64,000 nucleotides of DNA from Phycisphaerae bacterium (GCA_029260135.1 JAJDDV010000125.1:11185-75184); one strand, 5' to 3'. Positions 30,656 through 42,530 are shown, numbered from the stretch's first letter. Translations and numbers: made by a program. Notes: generated by a model from the letters alone, not told the origin.

Positions 30656-31770
30656 GGTTGAACGCACGTCCGTCGCATCCGACGTTGCGGATCCTGGACG
30701 CGAATCTGAATCGCGCGCGCGAGGCGTTGCGGGTGATGGAGGAATTCGCTCGGTTCGAGATGGAAGACGCGAGCCTATCGGGCGCGATCAAAGAAGCGCG
30801 GCATGGATTGGCTTCGTCGTTGGTCGAGCTGGGAGGCCGTGCCCTGCCCCATGCTGCGGAAAACCCGCCCCGTGTGGGTATCCGAGAGGTCTTGGCGCGG
30901 CAGCGCGACATCCTGGGGGATGTCGGGCGTGAGATCGGGACGCCTTCGGAGTATGAGCGGTTAGGCGGCTTTGACGTCGCTGAGGCCGCGGCAAAACGTC
31001 TGACGGAAGCCTTGCGGGTCCTGGAAGAATACGGAAAGACGCTTGATCGCGGTTTCGCTGCGGAGATGGAACGACTTCGGTATCACGCCTATGAGCTGGA
31101 ACGTCGCCTGATCTTGACGACGGGGGCACGGAAACGGCTGGGGCCTGTTCGTCTGTATGTCATCGTGACGGAGTCGCTATGCCGGTCGGATTGGCTGGCG
31201 ACCGCGGCGGCGGCGCTCGAGGGGGGGGCTGACTGCCTTCAGCTACGCGAGAAGGCGTTGACGGATCGCGAGCTGTTTGATCGAGCCAAGCGGGCCGGGG
31301 CGCTCTGCCGTGAGCACGGAGCACTGTTTCTGGTCAACGATCGGCCTGACATCGCGGCGGCCTGCGGTGCGGACGGCGTCCATCTCGGTCAGGATGACAT
31401 GACGGTGGAGGCTGCGCGGCGTATCGGCCCGAGTCTCGGCATCGTGGGTCTCAGCACGCACACGATCGAGCAGGCAAAGCGCGCGGCCAAGAGCGCGGTG
31501 GACTACATCGCCGTCGGTCCGATGTTCGAAACGGTCACGAAGCCGCAGCAACACATCGCCGGTTGCGAGACGCTGGCTGCGGTACGAGCGCGAACGGGGC
31601 TTCCGCTTGTGGCGATCGGGGGCATTGACTCGGGGAACGCGGCGGCAGTTCTCGGTTCCGCACGTTGTGCGTTGTGTGTGTGCCAGGCGGTCATCGCCCA
31701 GGACGACGTTCTCGCCGCCACTTCACATCTTCGCTCGGTGATCGACGCCGCATGGGCGGAGGACGTCTGA
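30652..31770 (+). CDS. thiE: Thiamine-phosphate synthase with N-terminal ThiD2-like extension
   Basis: RILDANLNRAREALRV.EE N-domain; QLREK, NDRPD, HLGQDD, STH, AIGGI; GTG overlaps tsaB stop (GTGA). Confidence 0.92.
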   Translation: MRLNARPSHPTLRILDANLNRAREALRVMEEFARFEMEDASLSGAIKEARHGLASSLVELGGRALPHAAENPPRVGIREVLARQRDILGDVGREIGTPSEYERLGGFDVAEAAAKRLTEALRVLEEYGKTLDRGFAAEMERLRYHAYELERRLILTTGARKRLGPVRLYVIVTESLCRSDWLATAAAALEGGADCLQLREKALTDRELFDRAKRAGALCREHGALFLVNDRPDIAAACGADGVHLGQDDMTVEAARRIGPSLGIVGLSTHTIEQAKRAAKSAVDYIAVGPMFETVTKPQQHIAGCETLAAVRARTGLPLVAIGGIDSGNAAAVLGSARCALCVCQAVIAQDDVLAATSHLRSVIDAAWAEDV

Positions 31771-32003
31771 GCTTTCCGTCGATTGCTCGGGGCATCGCAC
31801 GGCAGCTCGGGTCTTCGTCACATCGCGTACGTTCGTTTCGCCTCAAGACCAAGTCGGAAAGGCTAGGTCGAAGCGTTCCCTCGACGCCATGATTATGGGC
31901 CCGTGTCCGGCGTGTGGCGTGGTCTTTACGGCACACTGCTCATCTTCCGATAGGGTACTGTTGTCCGTCGCGGTTTCGAACGGGTCGGGACCGGGAAGCA
32001 ATC

Positions 32004-32030
32004 GTAACCTATTTCTATATAATAGGTTAC
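32004..32030. promoter_or_regulatory. Perfect 10-bp inverted repeat with 7-bp spacer (protein-binding site candidate)
   Basis: GTAACCTATT-tctatat-AATAGGTTAC; related copy at 50443-50469. Confidence 0.6.
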
Positions 32031-32042
32031 TACTTGGCCATC

Positions 32043-32072
32043 TTGACTTACCACGCATTGCGTTGCTAGCAT
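32043..32072 (+). promoter_or_regulatory. Putative sigma70 promoter for prkA operon
   Basis: TTGACT-18 nt-TAGCAT with TGn extended -10. Confidence 0.45.
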
Positions 32073-32260
32073 TTGGTGCAGCCGATGTATGGGACGAACC
32101 GGGGGGGGTAGGAGGCGTCGCGGCTTGGTTCTGCATCGACGGCACAGGTCGTGGTCTCTTGCGAGGTCTGACGGACCGATAGTGGATAAGGGTGGGGAAG
32201 GACATTGCGTGCGTAGGATGACTGATTTTAGTAGACGGAGCCGGTTGGAGAACAACGACC

Positions 32261-34321
<2,061 letters not shown>

Positions 34322-34429
34322 GGCCGAAGCGCTCGGCGGTGGGGATCGGGCACGGGAGCGGTAACGACGCGGCACCGGGTAGGGGCCGGCGTCGGCCGCG
34401 TGGTGAATGACTGATGACAGGCGGCCATC

Positions 34430-35527
34430 ATGATTTTGCAGATCAACAGTGACCATCAGCGTTTTCGCAAAATCGTCAAGGGGAAGATTCGCAAAGACCT
34501 CCGCAAGTTCTTGACGCGTGGTGAATTGCTCGGTCGCGAAGGCAAGAAGTACATCAGCATTCCCGTTCACGGTATCGACACGCCTCATTTCCGATACGGT
34601 GACAACGAATCGTCCGGCGTCGGTAAGGGCGACGGCAAACCGGGTGATACCGTGGATGGCGAAGGGGGAATGGGGCCGGGCGGCACGCAGGAGGGGCAGC
34701 ACATTCTCGAGGTCGATGTCAGCCTGGACGAGCTGGCGGAGATTCTCGGCGAGGAGCTGCAGCTCCCGCGGATCAAACCCAAAGGCAAACACCGCATCAC
34801 GTCGGAACGCGATAAATACAGCGGAATACGGCAGTCCGGTCCGGAATCGCTCCGCCACTTTCGTCGCACCTTTCGCCGCGCGCTTCGACGACAGATCATG
34901 TCGGGTCTGTACAACGCGGACAATCCCCGCATCGTCTTCGAGCGTCGCGACAAGGTCTATCGAAGCTGGAAGACGGTTCGCAAGCCGCAGTCCAACGCGG
35001 TCATCATCTACATGATGGATGTGTCCGGATCGATGGGGGACGAGCAGAAGGAACTCGTTCGTCTCGAAGCGTTCTGGATCGACGCGTGGCTTCGCAAGAA
35101 CTACCAGGGCATCGAGAGTCGCTACATCGTGCATGATGTCCGCGCGGGCGAGGTGGATCGGGAGACGTTCTTCCGCATTCGCGAGGACGGTGGGACACGG
35201 ATCAGCAGCGCGTTTCGCGTCGCCCGCGATCTGATCGAAAACCACTACGCCCCCACGGACTGGAACATCTATCTGTTCCACTTTTCCGACGGCGACAACA
35301 GCAGTGAATCGGACAGCCGCGAATGCTGCGCCATGCTGACCGAACATCTCCTTCCCAATCTGAACATGTTCGGATACTGCCAGGTGGCCAGTGCGTACGG
35401 CAGCGGGAACTTCATCAACGTCGTTCATGAACACCTGGAAGGTCAAGAAGATGTCATCACCAGCCGCGTGAACACCAAGGACGACATCTACGACAGCATC
35501 AAGACCTTCTTTTCGGAGGGGAAGTGA
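34430..35527 (+). CDS. yeaH: YeaH/YhbH (DUF444) vWA-like protein
   Basis: DHQRFRKIVKG, MMDVSGSM MIDAS-like motif, GGTRISSA, FSDGDN; lies between prkA and spoVR. Confidence 0.92.
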   Translation: MILQINSDHQRFRKIVKGKIRKDLRKFLTRGELLGREGKKYISIPVHGIDTPHFRYGDNESSGVGKGDGKPGDTVDGEGGMGPGGTQEGQHILEVDVSLDELAEILGEELQLPRIKPKGKHRITSERDKYSGIRQSGPESLRHFRRTFRRALRRQIMSGLYNADNPRIVFERRDKVYRSWKTVRKPQSNAVIIYMMDVSGSMGDEQKELVRLEAFWIDAWLRKNYQGIESRYIVHDVRAGEVDRETFFRIREDGGTRISSAFRVARDLIENHYAPTDWNIYLFHFSDGDNSSESDSRECCAMLTEHLLPNLNMFGYCQVASAYGSGNFINVVHEHLEGQEDVITSRVNTKDDIYDSIKTFFSEGK

Positions 35528-37101
35528 CCATGACGTCACGCCTTCCCACAGAGATCGCCGAGCAGGCGGAGATCATCGCCGAGCATGCGCGTCGGGAAGA
35601 ACTCGACTTCTATCCGACGCTGTTCGAGATGCTCACGTCGGAGCAGATCTCTCAGGTGGCGGCCTACGGCGGCTTTCCGCAGCGCTACCCGCACTGGCGC
35701 TTCGGGATGGAGTTCGAGCGGCTTCGCAAACAGCATATGTATGGCCTGGGCCGCATCTACGAAATGGTCATCAACAACGACCCCTGCTACGCATACCTGC
35801 TCAACGACAACATGCTCGTGGATCACAAGACCGTGATCGCCCACGTTTATGCCCACTGCGACTTCTTCAAGAACAATCACTGGTTCAGCCGGACCAATCG
35901 GAAGATGATCGACGAGATGGCGAACCACGCCACGCGCGTGCGGCGCTACATCGAGCGTCACGGGATCGAGCGGGTCGAGCAGTTGATCGACACGTATCTG
36001 GCGTTCGAGAATCTGATCGATCCGCACTCGGTATTCATGGCCAGGGAGCCCAAGAGGATATCCAAGCAGCAGCAGAAGCAAGAGGACAAGAAGGAGCGAG
36101 ACGACGTTCAGGAGGTGACGCGTTATCCGGCCAAGAGCTATATGGATCGCTACATCAATCCGCCGGAGCGGATGGCCAGCGATCGCGCGGCGCAGCAGGA
36201 CGTGGCGGATCGCGCGAAGGTTCGGTTTCCGGCGAGGCCGGTTCGCGACGTGATGCTCTTTCTGCTGCAGAATGCACCGCTCGAAGACTGGGAGGCGGAC
36301 ATTCTCTCGATGATCCGGGAGGAGGCCTACTACTTCGCGCCGCAGGGTCAGACGAAGATCATGAACGAAGGGTGGGCCAGCTACTGGCATTCCACCATGA
36401 TGACCAACTACATTCTGACCGATGGAGAGCTGATCGACTATTGCGAGCACCACTCGGGCACGCTCGCAACGTCGCCCGGCAGACTGAACCCGTACAAGCT
36501 CGGGATCGAACTGCTACGCGACATCGAACGACGTTGGAACACCGGTCGATACGGGCCGGAGTACGATGCGTGCGACGACATGGCCGAGCGCCGCGAGTGG
36601 GGCAAGGGCACCGAACCCAAGGGCAGGGTCGTCGGTCGCGGCTCGCCGGGGCGGGAGAAGATCTTCCAGGTTCGAGCGCTCTACAACGACGTCACGTTCC
36701 TCGACGAGTTCCTCACGCCCGAGTTTGTCGACGATCAGGACCTCTATCACTATCGCCGCGACCCCAACACGGGGCGCATGGTGGTGGTGGAACGCGACTT
36801 CAACAAGATCAAACAGCAACTGCTGTTCATGCTGACGAACCACGCGCAGCCGTATATCTTCGTCATGGACGGCAACTACCGAAACCGCGGCGAGCTCTAC
36901 CTGGCTCACCGTCACAACGGCCCGGACATCGACATCAAGTACGCCGTCGAAACGTTGAAGAGTATTCAGCGGGTGTGGCGACGACCGGTACACCTCAACG
37001 CGCGGATCGACGACGAACCGATCCTCTTCTCCTTCGACGGCGAGCAGTCCACACAGCAACACATCGACGAACGCATCGACGAGCCCGCCCATCAGTTCTG
37101 A
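35524..37101 (+). CDS. spoVR: SpoVR/YcgB family protein
   Basis: YGGFPQRYPHWRFG, IYEMVINNDP, HCDFFKNN, TKIMNEGWASYWH, NPYKLG. Confidence 0.95.
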   Translation: MTMTSRLPTEIAEQAEIIAEHARREELDFYPTLFEMLTSEQISQVAAYGGFPQRYPHWRFGMEFERLRKQHMYGLGRIYEMVINNDPCYAYLLNDNMLVDHKTVIAHVYAHCDFFKNNHWFSRTNRKMIDEMANHATRVRRYIERHGIERVEQLIDTYLAFENLIDPHSVFMAREPKRISKQQQKQEDKKERDDVQEVTRYPAKSYMDRYINPPERMASDRAAQQDVADRAKVRFPARPVRDVMLFLLQNAPLEDWEADILSMIREEAYYFAPQGQTKIMNEGWASYWHSTMMTNYILTDGELIDYCEHHSGTLATSPGRLNPYKLGIELLRDIERRWNTGRYGPEYDACDDMAERREWGKGTEPKGRVVGRGSPGREKIFQVRALYNDVTFLDEFLTPEFVDDQDLYHYRRDPNTGRMVVVERDFNKIKQQLLFMLTNHAQPYIFVMDGNYRNRGELYLAHRHNGPDIDIKYAVETLKSIQRVWRRPVHLNARIDDEPILFSFDGEQSTQQHIDERIDEPAHQF

Positions 37102-37112
37102 GCGTGGCAGGA

Positions 37113-37202
37113 CAGGTCGTTGCTTTGCGCCGACGAAGCGTTGACCTGCCGTGACTACTCTTCGCCCCGCCCTTGCCAGGGACGAGGTCGGGGGGAGGTC
37201 AA
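37113..37202 (+). repeat. 90-bp direct repeat, left copy
   Basis: 81/90 identical by manual alignment to 40505-40594. Confidence 0.9.
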
Positions 37203-37226
37203 AGACAGGTGCAGGCAGTCAAGTTC

Positions 37227-37247
37227 GTAGGATCCGCTGTGCGGACC
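37227..37247 (+). repeat. GTAG-type REP (GTAG + GATCCGC-TGT-GCGGACC hairpin)
   Basis: Same family inverted at 24691-24711, 41553-41573, 41585-41605 and 41702-41722. Confidence 0.75.
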
Positions 37248-37292
37248 ACCGGTCGTTCGCGCGCCCATCATGGCCAGACACCTCTCATCCAC

Positions 37293-37321
37293 TTGATGAA
37301 CACCGTGTTCAGGGCTATACT
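37293..37321 (+). promoter_or_regulatory. Near-consensus sigma70 promoter with embedded operator-like palindrome
   Basis: TTGATG-17 nt-TATACT; TGAACAC-c-GTGTTCA at 37297-37311. Confidence 0.6.
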
Positions 37322-37703
37322 ATTAACTAGCAGAGACGGCACATATACCGAACGCACGGGGTAAATCAGGAGCGAGTTCTTGCGCGCTCGACGTGTTGTT
37401 ACCGGCTGTCTGGTATTTGCGGCAGTTGTGCCACAGATTCCCCTCGCTAGAACGCCGGCGTATCCCACATTTGCACTGCACGCACTTCTTGCAATGCACT
37501 TCCGTCACAGTTTGGCTCGCCGAAGCGCTCCGAAGAGTGGAACGCGGGCAGGCATTAAACAGGGGCATCATTGGCGGCATGGTCGTTCGGCTTTGAGATT
37601 GGCCGGGGACCCGGTAGGATTGCGAATTCGGGGGCGGAAGATGGGCAACCTTTGGCTAGAACGCATCCGTTCACTTGGTGTCGAGATTTGTGAGGTGCTA
37701 TTG

Positions 37704-40331
37704 ATGAATGTAATACGGCGTTACTCGGTGGTCGTACTTGCAGCGGCCCTGCTGGCCTTCGATTGCCCAGCCTTCGGTGTTCCGGCCCGCACAGCTCATC
37801 CTTTCGTCAATTCAGCCCAGAGCAACTTGGGTTCGCTGGTACGGAAGGAGGTCGCAGCGGACAGTGAAGAGTGGGCCGTCTTGGAGTCCTATCTCCTGGC
37901 CAAGATCGAGTCTTCGCGAGAAATGCCGGAAGTGGCCCTTCGGCTAAGGGCTCTCCTCGTCCGACTGTATCTAGAGCTCGGTGATCAAGACGAGGCTACT
38001 GAATCTGCTAAATCACTACTCGCTGACTATCGACACTCCAGAGGCGACCGACGGGTTCGAGGATGGTTAACAGCCACGCTTGCACTGGACTCTCGTAAGC
38101 TCAAGCAAGCGTCTGACATCTACATTGTGTCTGCCAAGTCCTTGGGAATCGACATCTCCGATATCGATCAATTGCGACGAACCAAATATCCGGATTACGA
38201 TTTGGACGGCGTGGGATTCAAGGTTACCACGGACGAGCAGGGACGCACAACAAGGGCTAAGGGACTGGATGCCTGCCAAGGGTTTGACGACAGTGAGGAT
38301 TCCGATGGTGACGGCGTGGCTGACGGTTGTGACGCATGTTGGGGATTTCCGGATCACGCAGATGCAGACAAGGATGGGTTTCCTGATGGTTGCGACCGTT
38401 GTCCTGGCCAAACTGATTTCGACTTTGACTTGGATGACGTTCCCGATGGTTGCGACAATTGTGTTGGCAAACGCAATCCTATGGAACCTCGCCCTGCCGA
38501 CGACAGGAAGCATGAACCAGATTGTACTTGCGACACAATTCCGCCACATGATTGCTGCTGGCAACCGGATGGAGACAATGATGGTATGGGCGACCCCTGC
38601 GACATCTCGGACGAACTAAAGGTCGTTGCCATACGCGACGCTTCGGGGCGAACCCTAGAATCGTTCGACTACAACGAACGCGGCGATCTGATTCGGAGCG
38701 TTAAGTGGGGGGACGAAGAGAACGCGATGTTGGTCAAGACCTTTGAGTACGACCAATATCACCGCCTGACTGCCAGTGTGCAGGAGCCCTTCGATGGATC
38801 CGGGCCACCCACAACAACCAAGTATTTCTACGATGATAAAGGAGAGGAGATCGGCAGAATCACAGACGGGAAGACCAAACATGAGCGCTTTCGCTATCGA
38901 GATGAAAATGGACACGTGGTCAAGGTAACAGCTGCAGCGGACCCGCCGGAGACAGCCGTTGTTCTTGAAGCCTACACCTATGATGCCAAAGGACGCATGA
39001 CCGACCACCGGCGACGCTTCCGCGAAGACGGTCCGCTTGAGAGTGTCGAGGCTCATACCTTCGTCGACATGGGCGAAGAGAAGTACCAGGAGACCATTCG
39101 CAGACGCATCGATTCTACGTCCGAGCGCATGACCATAGAAACACGTGAATTCCACGGACAATTGATCGAACGAATCGAGTACGCTGAGGCAATTTCACCA
39201 AGAGGTGGTCAGCCCAAGGACACGAAGAACGCCACCCGATCCACCCACGACGTCTACTTTGATGAGAATGGGCACATCCTTCACGAATGGTACATTACAT
39301 CCCGTCCTGATGGCATTCGCACCGTCGAAGGATGGGAGATCACGGGTTCTCCGTATGCCCTCGGAAGCAAAAAGATCGTCGAGCGATATGAGACACGCCA
39401 TGAGCATCCGTCAGATGCCGAAAAGCTCAATCATTACAGGGAGGTGGAGGAATATTTCGAGGAGGGACTGGCATACCAGATCGTGATGAGCAGCGAACCC
39501 GACGGCTCGACGACGACGTACGTACGGGATCCCGAGAATCCCCACAACGCCCTAATCGAAGTCAGGAAAAGTACAATTGGCGATCAAGTCGTAGAGTACC
39601 GTACGGCCTACAAATACGATGGGTCAGGGCGCGTCCTTGAAGAACAAAGAACCTCTCCAGATGAACGCCAAACCATAGTGTATGAATACGACTACCGGGG
39701 CCGCCCAGTGTATGAGCGCCGCGACAATGGTCGTTATATTCGCGAGCGGTTTGTCAAGTATGACGCCTTCGACAACATGACAGTCGCCTACAGCTATGTT
39801 CAAGGCTCAGGGTTCTCGATGACTTATCCGGATTGGGGCCAGGAACTTGCTCGGCGTTTTGAGCAACGAGTGCAGTTTCGTGCGTCCGGGTCGGGTGTAG
39901 GATCAGCCGATCTTGACAGTGATGGTGGATTCCTGTTTGGACAGCTTGCTATCACCAAGCGCGATGCGAAGAATGCAAAGGACAGGACAATTCGAAATCA
40001 GGCAAAGGAGCATCTGAAGGAATTGCTTGGTCCGCTGCTTCGTGACAAAGCCGAGCCGATGAAGTATGAGGAAGTGCATATTGTGGGCGCTGACGAATCC
40101 CTGCTGATTGAGTCTGATCTTGCCGGACCGGGTGACGGCCACACTGGATTCTGGCTGCTCGTTGCGACGGCAGGGGACGATGTTTGGACCGTCTCATTAC
40201 TCACCAAATCAGATCGACCCGGCAACGCCAACGCCCAACGCACTTCGAGCATTCTGCGTGAGTGCGTTGAGTCCTTTTGCCTTGTTCCCAGAAAATGCGC
40301 GAGGCTTAGTCTGTTTGAACTGGTTGAGTGA
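37704..40331 (+). CDS. Secreted protein with thrombospondin type-3-like Ca-binding repeats and YD/RHS-like repeats
   Basis: GAGGTG RBS and signal peptide MNVIRRYSVVVLAAALLA; DxDxDGxxDxCD repeats; YDxxGR-type repeats; ORF open upstream to TTG 37380. Confidence 0.72.
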   Translation: MNVIRRYSVVVLAAALLAFDCPAFGVPARTAHPFVNSAQSNLGSLVRKEVAADSEEWAVLESYLLAKIESSREMPEVALRLRALLVRLYLELGDQDEATESAKSLLADYRHSRGDRRVRGWLTATLALDSRKLKQASDIYIVSAKSLGIDISDIDQLRRTKYPDYDLDGVGFKVTTDEQGRTTRAKGLDACQGFDDSEDSDGDGVADGCDACWGFPDHADADKDGFPDGCDRCPGQTDFDFDLDDVPDGCDNCVGKRNPMEPRPADDRKHEPDCTCDTIPPHDCCWQPDGDNDGMGDPCDISDELKVVAIRDASGRTLESFDYNERGDLIRSVKWGDEENAMLVKTFEYDQYHRLTASVQEPFDGSGPPTTTKYFYDDKGEEIGRITDGKTKHERFRYRDENGHVVKVTAAADPPETAVVLEAYTYDAKGRMTDHRRRFREDGPLESVEAHTFVDMGEEKYQETIRRRIDSTSERMTIETREFHGQLIERIEYAEAISPRGGQPKDTKNATRSTHDVYFDENGHILHEWYITSRPDGIRTVEGWEITGSPYALGSKKIVERYETRHEHPSDAEKLNHYREVEEYFEEGLAYQIVMSSEPDGSTTTYVRDPENPHNALIEVRKSTIGDQVVEYRTAYKYDGSGRVLEEQRTSPDERQTIVYEYDYRGRPVYERRDNGRYIRERFVKYDAFDNMTVAYSYVQGSGFSMTYPDWGQELARRFEQRVQFRASGSGVGSADLDSDGGFLFGQLAITKRDAKNAKDRTIRNQAKEHLKELLGPLLRDKAEPMKYEEVHIVGADESLLIESDLAGPGDGHTGFWLLVATAGDDVWTVSLLTKSDRPGNANAQRTSSILRECVESFCLVPRKCARLSLFELVE

Positions 40332-40504
40332 AGCTCATGGCAGTCTCTGCCTAGCTGGCGTGTTCGACTATCTCCATCCGAGAGTAGCCAAGCAGGGCGG
40401 ATTCCACCCCCCAAAGCACAGGAATCTGATAGCGAACAACCGATCGCCCAAACCGCCGCTCCAACCGATCACCCCCGACGTTATTTCAATAGGAGTATAT
40501 GGGG

Positions 40505-40594
40505 CAGGTCGTCGCTGCGCGCCGGCGAAGCGTTGACCTGCCGTGACTACTCTTTGCCCCGTCCTTGCCAGGGAGGGGGTTGGGGGGAGGTCAA
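40505..40594 (+). repeat. 90-bp direct repeat, right copy
   Basis: 81/90 identical to 37113-37202. Confidence 0.9.
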
Positions 40595-40668
40595 GGCGAC
40601 ATCAAGAGGCAATCTCGAGGCAGCCGACCCCCCTGTGTCCCCCGTTGGTAAGGGGGGAGCCGATGCCT

Positions 40669-41094
40669 CTACAGCTTCATCGCAAAGTGGTGGGAGGTAA
40701 TGTCCATGCGTTTGCGCAGGTAGAAGCGGTGGGCGCCGAAGCGTTGGACGCCGCTGTCGAGGTGGAACTGATCGCAATCGGCCTGCCTGGCCTGGTCGAC
40801 CAGCCAGTCGAAGAGCTTCTCGCCAAACCCTTCGCTACGCCGGGTCGCAAGCGTGACGAGGTCGTCGACGTAGAGCGTCTTGCCCCAGGCCAGCATCTCG
40901 ACGAATCGATAGCCCGCGACCGCGACCACCTCGCCGGCATCTTCGATGCAGGCGAGCTTGTAGTGCTGCGTTTCCATCTGCCGCTTGACCTGGGCGAGAA
41001 AGCCGTCGCGATCGACGTGCGGACGAAGCTCGTGCATGACGGGGAAGCAGTTGGCGATGTCTTGGTCCGACTCAGAGAGTCTGATGGTGGGCAT
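40669..41094 (-). CDS. GNAT family N-acetyltransferase
   Basis: LYVDDLVT..RRSEGFG acetyl-CoA motif, LDSGVQR..AHRFY; AGGAGG RBS. Confidence 0.9.
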   Translation of the reverse strand: MPTIRLSESDQDIANCFPVMHELRPHVDRDGFLAQVKRQMETQHYKLACIEDAGEVVAVAGYRFVEMLAWGKTLYVDDLVTLATRRSEGFGEKLFDWLVDQARQADCDQFHLDSGVQRFGAHRFYLRKRMDITSHHFAMKL

Positions 41095-41129
41095 AGAGGC
41101 TCTTACCTCCTGTGGCATTCAGGGTGTTG

Positions 41130-41522
41130 TCAATCCGAAACCACCGGAACCGGATTGCCATCGTCGTCGACGGAGACGAAGACCAGTTCGCCTTCAGTCA
41201 CTTCGACGTATTGGTCGGCCTCGGTGCGGCGGTGGGCGTGGACGCGCACATGAATCGTGAGCGACGTACGCCCCAGGCGGATCGTCTCTGCATAGAGGCT
41301 GAGCACGTCGCCGACGAAGACGGGTTTGTGGAACTCGACTTCGCGAAAGGCCACGGTCACGTATTTGTGATGGGCTTGTCGCATCGCCTCGATGTAGGCG
41401 GCCTGGTCCATCAGCGAAAGGATCACGCCGCCGAAGATCGTGCCCTCAGCGTTGGTGTGCTTGGGCATGGTGACAAGTCGGATGGCCGGCTGGTTGCTGG
41501 GTGGTTTGGGTTGTGGACTCAT
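41130..41522 (-). CDS. Acyl-CoA thioesterase (hotdog fold, YciA-like)
   Basis: MPKHTNAEGTIFGG.ILSLMD.AA, F..PVFVGD, GRTS. Confidence 0.9.
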   Translation of the reverse strand: MSPQPKPPSNQPAIRLVTMPKHTNAEGTIFGGVILSLMDQAAYIEAMRQAHHKYVTVAFREVEFHKPVFVGDVLSLYAETIRLGRTSLTIHVRVHAHRRTEADQYVEVTEGELVFVSVDDDGNPVPVVSD

Positions 41523-41552
41523 GAGCTTGTCCCTCGTCAGAAGACACGGAAT

Positions 41553-41748
41553 GGTCAACGCAGCGGACCCTACGGGCGACAGATGGTCCGCACAGCGGAC
41601 CCTACGGGCTGGCGGACAAGCCGCCAGTGGCATCCGGCGCTGGGCCCTTACCCTAAAACCTCTCCCCGGGGGAGAGGGGACGGCGGCAGGTCCTACTTGC
41701 CGGTCCGCACAACGGACCCTGCGTTTGGTGCATCAAGATGCACCCTAC
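41553..41748. repeat. Mosaic cluster of REP-like palindromes
   Basis: Three GGTCCGC..GGACC-CTAC-type units, ctggcgg-acaag-ccgccag-tggca (41609-41632), cctctcccc-ggggggagagg (about 41645-41680), ggtgcatc-aa-gatgcacc-ctac (41727-41748). Confidence 0.82.
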
Positions 41749-42530
41749 AGGATGTCCGTCATCCAGTACACCAGTGCAACGGCGCCGGCGAGGCCGATCA
41801 GGATCAGGCTCCACATCAGGCAGGGGAACCGAAAGTGGTAGAGGCGGGCCAGGTGCCTGAGGTATCGAACCTGTTCGGCGAAGCTGAGTTTACTCTCTCC
41901 TGCGGCGCGCACTTCGAATCGGATCGGGACTTCTTGCGGGCTGCGGCAGCGCGCTTTGACGTAGAGCTCCAGGGCGATCTTATAGCCGATCGGGTTGAGC
42001 GGCGCCGCTTGCTGCCAGGTTTCGCGACGGATCGCGAAGAAGCCGGACATCGGATCGCTGACGGGAGCGAGTGGCCGGGCGAGCATCGTGGCCATTCGGC
42101 TGACGAACCGTCGCAGGAGCGGCCAATCCTCGGCGATGCCCCCCCCCTGACCGTAGCGCGTGGCGGTTACGAAATCGCAGTCTTCCCGATCCAGGTGGTC
42201 GAGCAATGTCGGGATCAGTTCGGGGGGATGCTGGAGGTCGCCGTCCAGCACGACGAACCTGTCGAAGTTCGCTTGGGCGAACCCGGCCAGGACGGCGCTC
42301 GACAGGCCTCGCTCGGTTCGGCGGACAATCAGTCGGACCGGAAACTTGCCCTTCAGCGAGGCGACCGCTTCCTCGGTTCCGTCCTGCGAGTTGTCGTCGA
42401 CCAGGATCAGTTCGGCATCGCGGTGGGCGGAGGCCAATGCGGCGAACACCCTTTCCACCAGTGGCTGGACGTTGGGGACCTCGCGAAAAACCGGCACGAT
42501 GATAGATGCGGCGGATGGGGATGCGCTCAT
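41745..42530 (-). CDS. Polyprenol-phosphate mannosyltransferase-like GT2 glycosyltransferase
   Basis: SIIVPVFRE, VDDNSQDGT, GLSSAV, LDGDLQHPPE, SDPMSGFF, GESKL, C-terminal TM; start could be 42548. Confidence 0.88.
   Translation of the reverse strand: MSASPSAASIIVPVFREVPNVQPLVERVFAALASAHRDAELILVDDNSQDGTEEAVASLKGKFPVRLIVRRTERGLSSAVLAGFAQANFDRFVVLDGDLQHPPELIPTLLDHLDREDCDFVTATRYGQGGGIAEDWPLLRRFVSRMATMLARPLAPVSDPMSGFFAIRRETWQQAAPLNPIGYKIALELYVKARCRSPQEVPIRFEVRAAGESKLSFAEQVRYLRHLARLYHFRFPCLMWSLILIGLAGAVALVYWMTDIL

Noticed and set aside
37113..40594. Direct repeats considered as integron attC sites or IS ends
   Set aside because: No RYYYAAC/GTTRRRY core pair, no terminal inverted repeats with target duplication, and no integrase or transposase in the window
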